64,000 nucleotides of DNA, taken from positions 28,758 through 92,757 of the forward strand of contig DIXK01000019.1 of NCBI GenBank assembly GCA_002428665.1. Direction: 5' to 3'. Origin of the DNA: Verrucomicrobia subdivision 3 bacterium UBA6082. Its GTDB lineage: Bacteria > Verrucomicrobiota > Verrucomicrobiia > Limisphaerales > UBA8199. Below are positions 37,379 through 46,605 of this stretch, piece by piece. The position numbers and the translations under genes are program-made. The notes under the pieces were generated by a model. That model was not told where the DNA came from, did no database searches, and saw only the letters and a list, made by a program, of their open reading frames with translations. How positions within the stretch are numbered: the stretch's first letter is position 1; each line of letters begins with the position of its first letter.

Positions 37379-37402
37379 GGACAATTTGTCAGCCAAGGGA
37401 CA
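37379..37402 (-). repeat. right terminal inverted repeat of the element
   Basis: The reverse complement TGTCCCTTGGCTGACAAATTGTCC matches the left tip at 17 of 24 ungapped positions. Additional GGACA copies at 37246, 37259 and 37277. Confidence 0.55.
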
Positions 37403-37415
37403 ACGAATCGAAGAC

Positions 37416-37492
37416 TGGTACGCGAGGCGGGGGTCGAACCCACAACCTTCGGCTCCGGAGGCCGACGCTCTATCCAATTGAGCTACTCGCGC
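37416..37492 (-). tRNA. tRNA-Arg (anticodon CCG)
   Basis: The reverse complement GCGCGAGTAGCTCAATTGGATAGAGCGTCGGCCTCCGGAGCCGAAGGTTGTGGGTTCGACCCCCGCCTCGCGTACCA folds as a cloverleaf. Anticodon loop is CTCCGGA and CCA is encoded. Confidence 0.95.
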
Positions 37493-37706
37493 AATCCTTC
37501 GGGAAGGTAGGACAAGCGTTCATAAACAGCAACCGTTTTATACCAGTCCGCTCTTACCAACCCCGGGAGACGGGAACGCATTTGACTTGCTGATTTCAAA
37601 GGGCAGCCTTGCAGGTTGGGCCAACCGCAGACCCTAATGCAGAGCCGATTCGGGTACCATGCAAGGCTGCAGAACCGATAATTCGGGCACGGGTTGGGAA
37701 ATGGAT

Positions 37707-39824
37707 TCAGCCCGTATTGACACTTTCCAACCTAGCCAGGCAAACCCGCACCTGATCGCGGAGTTCTGACCGCTCGCTGCCGGTCAACCCCAACGGGTCA
37801 AAGCGATACCGGTAATGCAGCGCCAGTACCCGTTGCAACGGCAGGTTGATTTCGGCTAGGGCCGGGTCCGACACTGCCCGTGACAACCAAATTGAAAGAG
37901 GTTCTCCAGGCTCCCTCACCACCCCATGCTGACCGACTCGCTTTTCCAGTTGGTAGAATTCCGAGTCCAGGCCCGGCCAATCCTCCCTCCGCCCCGCTTT
38001 CCCCAGCCCTCGCCTTTTTCGCGCCCGACTCCGAAAGATAATTCGATAGAGCAGCACCGCCAGCACCGGGATCAAGCCCCAGATTACATATTGCCGCAAC
38101 TGAGTCTGGCCCCAGCGCACTTTGGAAAACTCAAACCGAATGCGCGACCAGATGTCGGCCAAGAACTGGTAAGCGGGCGGGCGGCTGGATTCGATATCTA
38201 TCCATGAACCAGGTGTGGTATCAAAATCCTCCCAGATGCCGGTCGCCTGATTCCAGACCAGGCACCATGCGTGCGCATCCTTCGAACGCACCACATACTC
38301 GTCGTTTCCGGACTCCTCATGCACCGCGTAGCCGACCGCGTAGCGCGCGGGAATGCCCAACCGGCGCAACAAAAGCGTGGTTGCCGTGGCAAAATACTCG
38401 CAGTGTCCGCTACGGGAGGTGAACAGAAAATGTTCCAACGCCGTTTCCTCTTCCCGAGTCCGTCGCGACCGTTCCTGCCAGAGGCTGTACGTGAATTTAC
38501 TCGCGAAAAACTGAGCAATTCCCTGGCGGATTTCCTCCGGCGAATGCACGTCGGTCAACCCCATCTCGACCACCGCCCGTTCCAGGGCGTATCGTTCCCG
38601 CCCGGGAAAATCCAGGTCATCCACTAGGTTTGGGGGCGAATCCAGCGTCGGCCCCGGGTCATAAAGCGCTTCGAAAATCACCAACCCGGGCCCCTGCGCC
38701 ATCACCGAGCCCAGGCTGTTTTTCTGCAGGAGGTATGCCCCCAGGTTTTCCAACCGCCCGACCCCGCTGGGCAGCGGCAACAAGCCGTTGCCCCCCGGCA
38801 GATAACAGGCAATTTCAACCGAGTTATAAGTCTCCTTGCCAGGCACCAGCACCCAGGTGGTCTGATTGGTATCACTGGGATTCGGAATGTTTTCGAAGGC
38901 ACCTTGCGAAATCTCCGAGAGCCAGGTAATGCCCTTGAAGGTTCGATAACTGGCCTCCCGCAATAACGGTGGCGGCCCGAGCCCTGCTTGGGTGTTAAGC
39001 CGGAGCAGTATTTTGTTCGAGGCTTTCAGACGACCAATCCGCCCCATTTCCGTCCGGCTCTGGGCATGGTCAAAACGCCCGCGGGCCAACCGCGACAGCA
39101 ATTGAGAATTGAACCCCTCGATGTACTGGGTCAACCGACCGACGCCCAACTGAGCCCAGTAGCCCAGACCAATAGCCAGAAGCATGGATCCCCCCCACGC
39201 AAAAAGCCCATACCGGCGCGAACGCAGGGGCCAAAGGCCCCAACCCAGGAGAATCGCCAGGCCCCAGAAGAAAGGCGAGCCATCGTCGGTATGAATGCAC
39301 GAGGCAAAAAGGCACAATCCAAAATAAAAGTAAGAGACGTTCAGATCCTGTCCCAAAGCACGCGGTTCCCCGCTCTCACTGGCTTTCCGCCAGCGGCGGC
39401 GCAGGATGAGCGAAATGGTCTCCAGCGGAATTGAATCGCGGGTGCTGTAGGCCTGCATCGCGACAAACGGGAAAAAGATCATCGGCAACCATCGGATCAC
39501 CGACGCCGCGGTTCTCGCGCTGGCCGCCCCGGCATTGCGCTGGTTGTAGTAACTGGGATTCTGGAAAAGTCCCCGGAAATCCGCCGGTCCATCGTTGGTA
39601 TTGAAGGCATAAACCAGCGACGCAAGGAGAACCAACGCGCAAAAGGTCCAGATCCGCTGGAAATCGTCATTGGAAAACTCCCAACGGTTTCTGACCAACC
39701 GCACGCCCTCCAGCGCCAACCCCATACCGACCCCAATGATCAGGAAACCGGATTGCCAACCCCAGAAGACCAGAGCAGCCCCGAGCAAGAGGGGAGGCGG
39801 TTTTATAAAGGGTTGTGGGCTCAT
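37707..39824 (-). CDS. transglutaminase-domain membrane protein (TgpA-like)
   Basis: Multiple N-terminal TM helices and a transglutaminase core (SGHCEYFATATTLLLRRLGIPARYAVGY ... DAHAWCLVW). Its start overlaps the DUF58 stop (ATGA). Confidence 0.85.
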   Translation of the reverse strand: MSPQPFIKPPPLLLGAALVFWGWQSGFLIIGVGMGLALEGVRLVRNRWEFSNDDFQRIWTFCALVLLASLVYAFNTNDGPADFRGLFQNPSYYNQRNAGAASARTAASVIRWLPMIFFPFVAMQAYSTRDSIPLETISLILRRRWRKASESGEPRALGQDLNVSYFYFGLCLFASCIHTDDGSPFFWGLAILLGWGLWPLRSRRYGLFAWGGSMLLAIGLGYWAQLGVGRLTQYIEGFNSQLLSRLARGRFDHAQSRTEMGRIGRLKASNKILLRLNTQAGLGPPPLLREASYRTFKGITWLSEISQGAFENIPNPSDTNQTTWVLVPGKETYNSVEIACYLPGGNGLLPLPSGVGRLENLGAYLLQKNSLGSVMAQGPGLVIFEALYDPGPTLDSPPNLVDDLDFPGRERYALERAVVEMGLTDVHSPEEIRQGIAQFFASKFTYSLWQERSRRTREEETALEHFLFTSRSGHCEYFATATTLLLRRLGIPARYAVGYAVHEESGNDEYVVRSKDAHAWCLVWNQATGIWEDFDTTPGSWIDIESSRPPAYQFLADIWSRIRFEFSKVRWGQTQLRQYVIWGLIPVLAVLLYRIIFRSRARKRRGLGKAGRREDWPGLDSEFYQLEKRVGQHGVVREPGEPLSIWLSRAVSDPALAEINLPLQRVLALHYRYRFDPLGLTGSERSELRDQVRVCLARLESVNTG

Positions 39825-41158
39825 GTCATTCCGGCCAAATCCCGTGCTACTTGCCCGGCCTCAAGCACGCGAAAATCCTCCGGGCAGTCCCGCAAGGGGC
39901 CAGGATCCAGGTCTCGAGAACTACCCGGCTCTACCAACAGAAAGACACGCAGCGGCAGGCCGGCAGCTTTGAGTTCCCGCACAAACTCCCGTCGCTCGTC
40001 GTCCCATGACAGGAATACGCATACCACCCCGCTGACCAGACGGATGTGGTTCTGGACACTATGCCGCAAGACCTCAAACGTGTGGTCATGACACGGCTGC
40101 ACGGCGGCCAGAATCTCCAGCATTTGGTCGGCATGTGCCAACCCACGACCGGCGGTGAAACAATAGGATTGCGCCCCCACAAATAGCAAATCCAGCAGCG
40201 ATTCCTGGGTGAGAATGGTGCAGGCGAACGAGGCGGCCACCGACACCGCCTCTTCAAAGGCCGCGCTCAGTGGGTTGGCAGTGAAGGTATCCAACACCAA
40301 TGCGTGCCGCATAAAGAACTCGTCTTCGAATTCGCGCACCACCGGTTTGCCGGCCCGAGCCCAGGTCCGCCAGTGAATGTGGCGCAGGGGGTCTCCGCGA
40401 CGATAGTCCCGCAATCCCACGAACTCCTCGCTTTGTCCCACATGAGAAGCCATGGCCACCCCACCCTGCTGGTACTGCATGGAGCCCGGCAGTGCAACCG
40501 GCGGCAGCGCATACCGCCGCGGCAGAATCAGGGCATACTGCGGGGCCGGCACGCGCACAAAGGAACGGAAAAGCCCGAAGGGATCCGTACGTGCCAGAGT
40601 CGTTCCGTCAAATCGCAGCAAGCCACGTTGCCTGGGCAGCAACTCCATCTCCACATCCGCACCCTGCCCCGGCGGCAGCGGCGGCACCAGGGGCATGGCC
40701 CGGGGAAACTGGCGCAAAGGAAACAGTCGTTTGGGACGGCCGACACGAAATGACCTCAGGTCGCGGGCAGCAGCTTTGTGAGCGGCAGCAAAGTCACGGT
40801 AAGCCGGTCGGGAATCAGCCAGGTCCTCGAGCAGGACCAATCCGCGCTGGGGCCGCTTGCCCACGTTCCTGATCCGCACCCGGTAATGCAAGGGCAGACC
40901 CACGGTTCCGAACCGCGGCAAGCCCCGCTCGATGGCGAATCGGCCCCGGAAAAACCAACTCCAAACAATCCCCATGCCGAGCAGGACAAACAACAAAGCC
41001 GCCGCCTGGTAGGCCACGTTGTTTTCCACATCCGGGCTCACCATCACGACCACCGCAGTCGCACCGATCACTACCAGTCCCGCGGGCGTAAACCGCCGCT
41101 CCGTCCAGTATCTCAAGGACGTGTGCCAGCGATAAAAGCGATAGATCAGACGCAACAC
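39821..41158 (-). CDS. DUF58 domain protein
   Basis: EEFVGLRDYRRGDPLRHIHWRTWAR motif and two N-terminal TM helices. GTG start. Confidence 0.85.
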   Translation of the reverse strand: MLRLIYRFYRWHTSLRYWTERRFTPAGLVVIGATAVVVMVSPDVENNVAYQAAALLFVLLGMGIVWSWFFRGRFAIERGLPRFGTVGLPLHYRVRIRNVGKRPQRGLVLLEDLADSRPAYRDFAAAHKAAARDLRSFRVGRPKRLFPLRQFPRAMPLVPPLPPGQGADVEMELLPRQRGLLRFDGTTLARTDPFGLFRSFVRVPAPQYALILPRRYALPPVALPGSMQYQQGGVAMASHVGQSEEFVGLRDYRRGDPLRHIHWRTWARAGKPVVREFEDEFFMRHALVLDTFTANPLSAAFEEAVSVAASFACTILTQESLLDLLFVGAQSYCFTAGRGLAHADQMLEILAAVQPCHDHTFEVLRHSVQNHIRLVSGVVCVFLSWDDERREFVRELKAAGLPLRVFLLVEPGSSRDLDPGPLRDCPEDFRVLEAGQVARDLAGMT

Positions 41159-41214
41159 AAACCCGTTCCTCTAAGACTTCTCCGCATTGCCGGTCCGAGT
41201 TCTTCCGATTCCTC

Positions 41215-42243
41215 TCAAGCCGGAACCTTGGTCTTCTTAAGGATGCCCTCCAAGGCACCCCGTGCAGTCTGGCCGGAGAAGCGCGCTTGGGGCTCCATAA
41301 TCAACCGGTGCGCAATCACCGGCACCGCCAGTTCCTGGATCTGCTCGGGAGTCACGAAACTCGACCCATCGAATAGAGCCAATGCCTGGGCCGCTTTCAT
41401 GAGCGCGATAGACGCCCGCGGACTCCCGCCAAGCTGCACCCCGGGGGCGGTCCGTGTGGCTCCCACCAGGTCCACCACATAACGCTTCAACTCCTCGCTG
41501 ATCCGAATAGTCTGCACACCCTGCTTCATGGCGATCACTTCAGCCAGCGAAACAGTCGCCCGCAGATCCGCGAGGGGATGGTTCTTCTGCTGCGCGCTTA
41601 AGATGGCTACTTCTTCCTCGCTGTGAACATAACCCAACGAAAACTGCATCGCGAAACGGTCCATTTGGGCTTCAGGCAAAGGGTAGGTTCCGCGGAACTC
41701 TACAGGGTTCTGGGTCGCGATCACAAAGAAAAGATCCTCCAGTTCCCGTTGCACCCCGTCCACGCTCACCTGAGCTTCCGCCATCGCTTCCAACAGGGCC
41801 GACTGCGTGCGCGGTGAGGCCCGGTTGATCTCATCCGCCAGCAGAATGTTCGTGAATACCGGACCCTCGTGAAAATGAAACAGCTGGTCCCGCTGGCTGA
41901 ACACCGAGACCCCCAAAATATCCGAAGGCAGCAAGTCCGGAGTAAACTGAATGCGTTTGAATTGTGCATCGATCGATCGCGCCAGCGCCTTGGCCAAAGT
42001 AGTCTTTCCCGTCCCGGGAAAATCGTCCAGCAATACGTGCCCGCCACTGGCCAACGCCACGAGCAATTTCCGGATCGCTGGCCCCTGCCCTTTCATAATC
42101 CGGCTAATGTTGTCACTGACCCGACGGTAGACATCCCGAGCCACACGCTGGGCTTCCGCGTAACCACCCGAATCTTCGGGGGGAAGCAAAGGCGTGCTCA
42201 CCGTTGCGGGATCGACAGAAGCAGTGGATGGACTTTCCAACAT
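41215..42243 (-). CDS. MoxR-family AAA+ ATPase
   Basis: HVLLDDFPGTGKTTLAKALARS, ADEINRASPRTQSALLEAM, ATQNPVEFRGTYPLPEAQMDRF. Confidence 0.9.
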   Translation of the reverse strand: MLESPSTASVDPATVSTPLLPPEDSGGYAEAQRVARDVYRRVSDNISRIMKGQGPAIRKLLVALASGGHVLLDDFPGTGKTTLAKALARSIDAQFKRIQFTPDLLPSDILGVSVFSQRDQLFHFHEGPVFTNILLADEINRASPRTQSALLEAMAEAQVSVDGVQRELEDLFFVIATQNPVEFRGTYPLPEAQMDRFAMQFSLGYVHSEEEVAILSAQQKNHPLADLRATVSLAEVIAMKQGVQTIRISEELKRYVVDLVGATRTAPGVQLGGSPRASIALMKAAQALALFDGSSFVTPEQIQELAVPVIAHRLIMEPQARFSGQTARGALEGILKKTKVPA

Positions 42244-42368
42244 AGGGTAATTCTATGTCCTACCCGGTCTTCGGGCGAATAAAAACATTGGGGTGTACCG
42301 GGCAAGCCCCAAGTCTGACCGCACGAGCCAGCAACTGGAAAACCCCTGGGCATCGCGGCCGGGTCAGC

Positions 42369-43715
42369 TCAGCGAAAATCCGCCCGTTGCAGCCCCCGCT
42401 GCAGCACCGGGCTGCGCCTCATGCGTTTCCACACCGCCCCGGTACGGTAGTTCTCGATCATCAGGATTATGGGACCCTGGTCGATACCGATAGCGTCCGG
42501 TCCCCACCAGCCCGCCTTTACATTATACGCATCCCTAAAACCAAGGTTCGTCCAGAGATTCGTACCATAATGCGAGTAGAAATGGCGAAGCGCCGGCAGG
42601 CAAACCTCGGGGGCAAATGGCAGGGAAGCAATCGCCGCTGTAGGAGCAATCGTCCCGTCATCAAATCCACCTGGGGCTCCCCTGGCCGAGTATGCCTCGT
42701 AGCGCACTCCGCCCACGGTGGTGCCAGGCCCATCACACGCGGTGAGCCCCCACTCTTTGCTGCTATAGTTCGGAAAGCGCAAAGGATTGCGGATGGCGTA
42801 TTCTCTTTGGGCGAGCGTGGCACGGCGGGAATTCTCAAAATAATCCAACCGCCGCGCCCGCATCCAGGGGTCAGCGATGCCGCGAAAATCGATCCAGCAA
42901 TGGGAATAATGGTGAGTGAATAGCGGCGGGCACTCGGCAAAACCGTAACCATAATAATTGGTCCACCGATAAGCCGCGGTCCAGCCCCCCCACGATTCAG
43001 CAGGCAATGGGTCCTTCTCGGCTCCAATCCCCAGGAGATACAAACAGTTGGCCTCGTTATAGCCTTCCCAGCCCGTCCGACTGAACCCTCGCTCCGGCCG
43101 CCACTCCATACTCACCCGAAGGTCATTGGTTCGCAGCATAAACCCCCAATCGATGCGATCGAATAACAGTGCCGCCAACCGACGAATTTCTTTCTCAGAC
43201 AAGGATGGCCCATCGAAAAACAATCCACTGTCGATCACCCCCATCATCAGCAACGCCGTGTCGATTGTAGACAACTCCGACCGCCAGGCCCGCTGTCCTG
43301 TTTTCATGTCCAGGAAATGATAATACCAACCTCGATACCCGGCGTAACCGTTGGTTCCCGGACCCTGGGGCAAAGCGGCAAAGGTCTTGAGGGTCAGCAA
43401 CGCGCGCGAAGCGCCGGCTTCACGGCTTATCCAATCACGTTCCACAGCGATGTTGATGGCGCTGAGTCCGAAACCCACTGCCGCTATGCTGCAATGAGAC
43501 GCGGGGGTAGAACGGTCACGAATCAACCCATTCTCTGGGTTAACCTCCTGCCAGAAGTAATTAAAGGTCTGCCGCTGCACATACTCCAGGAATGCATCGT
43601 CGTCGGCAAACTCCGTTGGCCCGACCACCGGCTCTAACCCGGAAGCCGAAATCAGCCAACACCCAACCAGTAGTAAAACAATCTCGCGGCAAAGGCCTGT
43701 TAATCGGCTTGGCAT
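42369..43715 (-). CDS. glucoamylase-family / GH144-like glycoside hydrolase (putative beta-1,2-glucanase)
   Basis: Signal peptide. FNYFWQEVNPENGLIRDRS...HCSIAAVGFGLSAI resembles the family annotated as glucoamylase family protein. Confidence 0.6.
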   Translation of the reverse strand: MPSRLTGLCREIVLLLVGCWLISASGLEPVVGPTEFADDDAFLEYVQRQTFNYFWQEVNPENGLIRDRSTPASHCSIAAVGFGLSAINIAVERDWISREAGASRALLTLKTFAALPQGPGTNGYAGYRGWYYHFLDMKTGQRAWRSELSTIDTALLMMGVIDSGLFFDGPSLSEKEIRRLAALLFDRIDWGFMLRTNDLRVSMEWRPERGFSRTGWEGYNEANCLYLLGIGAEKDPLPAESWGGWTAAYRWTNYYGYGFAECPPLFTHHYSHCWIDFRGIADPWMRARRLDYFENSRRATLAQREYAIRNPLRFPNYSSKEWGLTACDGPGTTVGGVRYEAYSARGAPGGFDDGTIAPTAAIASLPFAPEVCLPALRHFYSHYGTNLWTNLGFRDAYNVKAGWWGPDAIGIDQGPIILMIENYRTGAVWKRMRRSPVLQRGLQRADFR

Positions 43716-43741
43716 AAGAACCCTTCACCGAATCAGGGCGC

Positions 43742-44110
43742 TCATTTTCTAGCAGCCAGCGCCAGATCTAAAACGCCTTTCAAGAGCTCGGAATCGAACG
43801 GTTTGCTCAGCAAAAAGACTTCTCCCGATCGAAAGGCAGATTCCGCGACCTCCACGGTACCGTGACCGGTGAGGATCACGACCTGGGCTAGCGGCCAGTG
43901 GCGCTTGACCTCCGGCAACAGGTCCAACCCGTGCCCGTCGGGCAATTCCAAATCCAGCAGGAGCACATCAGGACTGGATTCATCAAATCGCGATCGCAGC
44001 CCCGCCATCGTGCCCTCTTCCCGAACGTCATATCCGGACATCTGAAGGTCCTCACGAACCACCGCCCTGAGTGCGGTATCGTCTTCCAGGATGAAGATAT
44101 TGTGGGGCAT
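43742..44110 (-). CDS. single-domain response regulator
   Basis: IFILEDD...VLLLDLELPDGHG...VVILTGHG...KPF receiver motifs. ATG at 44110. Confidence 0.8.
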   Translation of the reverse strand: MPHNIFILEDDTALRAVVREDLQMSGYDVREEGTMAGLRSRFDESSPDVLLLDLELPDGHGLDLLPEVKRHWPLAQVVILTGHGTVEVAESAFRSGEVFLLSKPFDSELLKGVLDLALAARK

Positions 44111-44321
44111 AAATCGGCGATTGGCTTGTTTACGAGGTCTCGAACATTCAGCTCGCCAAAACTCCACCCCAAAACCCACCTGCAATCAAGTGCGAAATTC
44201 GGGCGCATTGCTTCAAAACCCACCCCGGCGCGCTCGGTGCACTCAACACGCCCGAATACCAAAGCAACCGCACCACAACCCCACGCTTGCGCGACACCGA
44301 GTTTCGCTGAAACCTGTGCTG

Positions 44322-46241
44322 ATGAATAAGGTTCTGCTCATTGCCGCCCTAACCACCTCCCTCACAACAGGCCTGGGGGAGGAAAGCGTTTCCCATTGGA
44401 GGGGCTTTGACCGGCACCACTTCACCTGCGAAGGCCGGCCGGCCTTTGTCACTCGTCCAGTGATTTCGGCACCAGGCAAACCCTGGGTCTGGCGCACCTC
44501 GTTCCCGGATTTTCACCCTGAGGTCGATCTTGAACTGCTCCGCACCGGCCACCACATAGCGTATCTGGATTGCGTGGACATGCTCGGATCCGATGGCGCA
44601 CTGGACCTGATGGACCGGTTCTATGACCAATTGATCGGGACCTGGAAACTTTCCCCGCGCCCGGCTCTGGAGGGGGTGAGCCGTGGCGGCCTCCACGCCT
44701 ATCGCTACGCTGCCCGGCATCCCGAACGCATCGCCTGCATTTACGCCGACACCCCGGTCATGGACTTAAAGTCCTGGCCACTGAACTGGCCGGAATCTAA
44801 AGCCCAGGTTCAGGATGCCTTGAGGCACTACGGCTTGCCCGATGAGGCAATGCTGCGCCGCTTCCGCGGAAATCCGGTGGATCTTCTCGAACCGATCGCT
44901 CGCGCCAGAATCCCTCTCCGCCACGTCATCAGCCTGGATGACCGGGTCGTGCCACCGGAGCAAAACACCCTGGAGGCACGCCGGCGCCTCCTGCAATTAG
45001 GTCACTCAATGGATCTGGTCACCGTCGAAAAGGGCACCGTGGACAGCCACGGCCACCATTTCCCTTTACCCCAGGTCTTCGCGTCCGCCCGGTTCATCTC
45101 GCGGCACACTTATAGGCTCCCCAAGAAACGCGAGTATTTTCAAATCCGGACCGGTCTGAACAACTGCCGGTCCCGTTTTCATGAAGCCAGAACCGGGCGA
45201 GTCGCCTTCCTGGGCGGCTCCATCACGTACAACCCGGGCTGGCGCGACGAGGTGATGCGCTACCTGAAACTGCGTTTCCCGGAAACGAAGTTCGAGTTCC
45301 TGGCGGCAGGCATCCCCTCCCTCGGCTCCGTGCCGCACGCGTTTCGCTTGCAACGCGACGTGCTCGCTCACGGCCCGGTGGACCTTCTGTTCATTGAAGC
45401 TGCCGTGAATGACACCACGAATATTCCGGATCAGCCCGAACGGATGTTGCGCGGCATGGAGGGGACGGTCCGCCAGGCACGCCTTGCGAATCCGTTCATC
45501 GACATTGTTCACTTGCACTTTGTGATGCCGGAGCACATGGAAGACTATGGAAAGGGCACTGTCCCGGCGTCAGTCGCCCAGCATGAGAGGGTGGCCGCCT
45601 GCTATGGAAACCCCTCCTTGAACCTGTCACTGGAGGTCACGGAACGAATTGCTGCCGGACAATTCTCCTGGGACAATGAGTTTCGCGATCTGCATCCCTC
45701 TCCTTACGGCCAACTCGTGTATGCTAACAGCATCCTTCGTCTGCTTGATGTCGCGTTTGAAGCTCCCTTGGATCCGCGCCGGGAACACGCCATGCCAGAG
45801 GCACCATTGGACCCCCTGAGCTACGGGCACGGGCGCTTCGGCGCATTGAATGAGGCAAAGTTGTCGAATGGGTTCCGGTGGGTTGCTAATTGGACTCCAC
45901 CGCTGCCCGCCGGAACCCGGGAAGGTTTTGTCGACCTGCCCGCCTTAACCGCCACGAGTCCGGGTGCGGAATTTGAATTCCAATTCGAGGGCACCGCTGC
46001 GGGGCTAATGATCGGCGCCGGCCCGGATACCGGGATCATTGAGTTCACTATTGATGATGGGCCTGCTAAAACGCTCGACACTTTCACTCAGTGGAGCACG
46101 GGGCTCTACCTCCCTTGGGCCGTGATCCTCGACGATACCTTAGCGCCGGGGAAACACCTCGTGCGCGTTCGTCTGACGCGGGATCACAATCCCCGCGGCA
46201 AGGCAACCGGATTGCATGTTTTCCAGATCCTGCAGAATTGA
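44322..46241 (+). CDS. secreted alpha/beta-hydrolase fused to an SGNH/GDSL-type hydrolase domain
   Basis: Signal peptide MNKVLLIAALTTSL. N-terminal hydrolase region (GVSRGGLHAY). SGNH blocks VAFLGGSITYNPGW, IEAAVNDT, DLHPSPYG. Confidence 0.7.
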   Translation: MNKVLLIAALTTSLTTGLGEESVSHWRGFDRHHFTCEGRPAFVTRPVISAPGKPWVWRTSFPDFHPEVDLELLRTGHHIAYLDCVDMLGSDGALDLMDRFYDQLIGTWKLSPRPALEGVSRGGLHAYRYAARHPERIACIYADTPVMDLKSWPLNWPESKAQVQDALRHYGLPDEAMLRRFRGNPVDLLEPIARARIPLRHVISLDDRVVPPEQNTLEARRRLLQLGHSMDLVTVEKGTVDSHGHHFPLPQVFASARFISRHTYRLPKKREYFQIRTGLNNCRSRFHEARTGRVAFLGGSITYNPGWRDEVMRYLKLRFPETKFEFLAAGIPSLGSVPHAFRLQRDVLAHGPVDLLFIEAAVNDTTNIPDQPERMLRGMEGTVRQARLANPFIDIVHLHFVMPEHMEDYGKGTVPASVAQHERVAACYGNPSLNLSLEVTERIAAGQFSWDNEFRDLHPSPYGQLVYANSILRLLDVAFEAPLDPRREHAMPEAPLDPLSYGHGRFGALNEAKLSNGFRWVANWTPPLPAGTREGFVDLPALTATSPGAEFEFQFEGTAAGLMIGAGPDTGIIEFTIDDGPAKTLDTFTQWSTGLYLPWAVILDDTLAPGKHLVRVRLTRDHNPRGKATGLHVFQILQN

Positions 46242-46305
46242 GGGAGCCCAAAAACGCCAAAAAATCAGTTGGCTTTTGGCTTGGGCCTATGGTAGTTAAG
46301 TCGTT

Positions 46306-46335
46306 CGCTCCGCGACGGGAGCGGCTCTATTTTTG
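46306..46335 (+). terminator. rho-independent terminator
   Basis: CGCTCC-GCGACG-GGAGCG followed by GCTCTATTTTTGTT. Confidence 0.55.
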
Positions 46336-46360
46336 TTAACCTTTTAGTTTTTTTGCATTT

Positions 46361-46516
46361 ATGTCACAGCATCGTAGTTTGCGGGCGGCGGCCACTTTGG
46401 GCGGCAAGCGCAACGTACTCAAGCGGTTCGAGCGCGTGGAAGTCTTGAAAAAGCAGGGCCATTGGAAAGAAGGCGACCGGATCACCGGTCTTCGGAAGAC
46501 CAAGGTGGTTGCCTAG
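46361..46516 (+). CDS. small basic protein (51 aa)
   Basis: MSQHRSLRAAATLGGKRNVLKRFERVEVLKKQGHWKEGDRITGLRKTKVVA. It is below the ORF-track size cutoff and resembles the conserved small-basic-protein family of PVC and delta-proteobacteria (from memory). Confidence 0.6.
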   Translation: MSQHRSLRAAATLGGKRNVLKRFERVEVLKKQGHWKEGDRITGLRKTKVVA

Positions 46517-46605
46517 TCCAGTTTACCCCTGATCCACTCTGAAGCCCGGAGTTGACCTCCGCCACGGCGCGGGTTCGGCTCGGGCTTTTTCATTATCGAG
46601 CCGTT

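Larger units (their letters stand above)
24607..37402. mobile_element. Mu-like transposable element (mini transposable prophage or satellite candidate)
   Basis: Bounded by 24-bp imperfect inverted repeats with TGT...ACA tips (17/24 identity) and reiterated TGTCC/GGACA subterminal motifs. Carries a DDE transposase, AAA+ ATPase, GemA-like and Ner-like genes, a repressor and an HK97 capsid gene. AT-richer cargo segment. Lies 13 bp from tRNA-Arg. The right boundary could alternatively be 37093. Confidence 0.6.
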
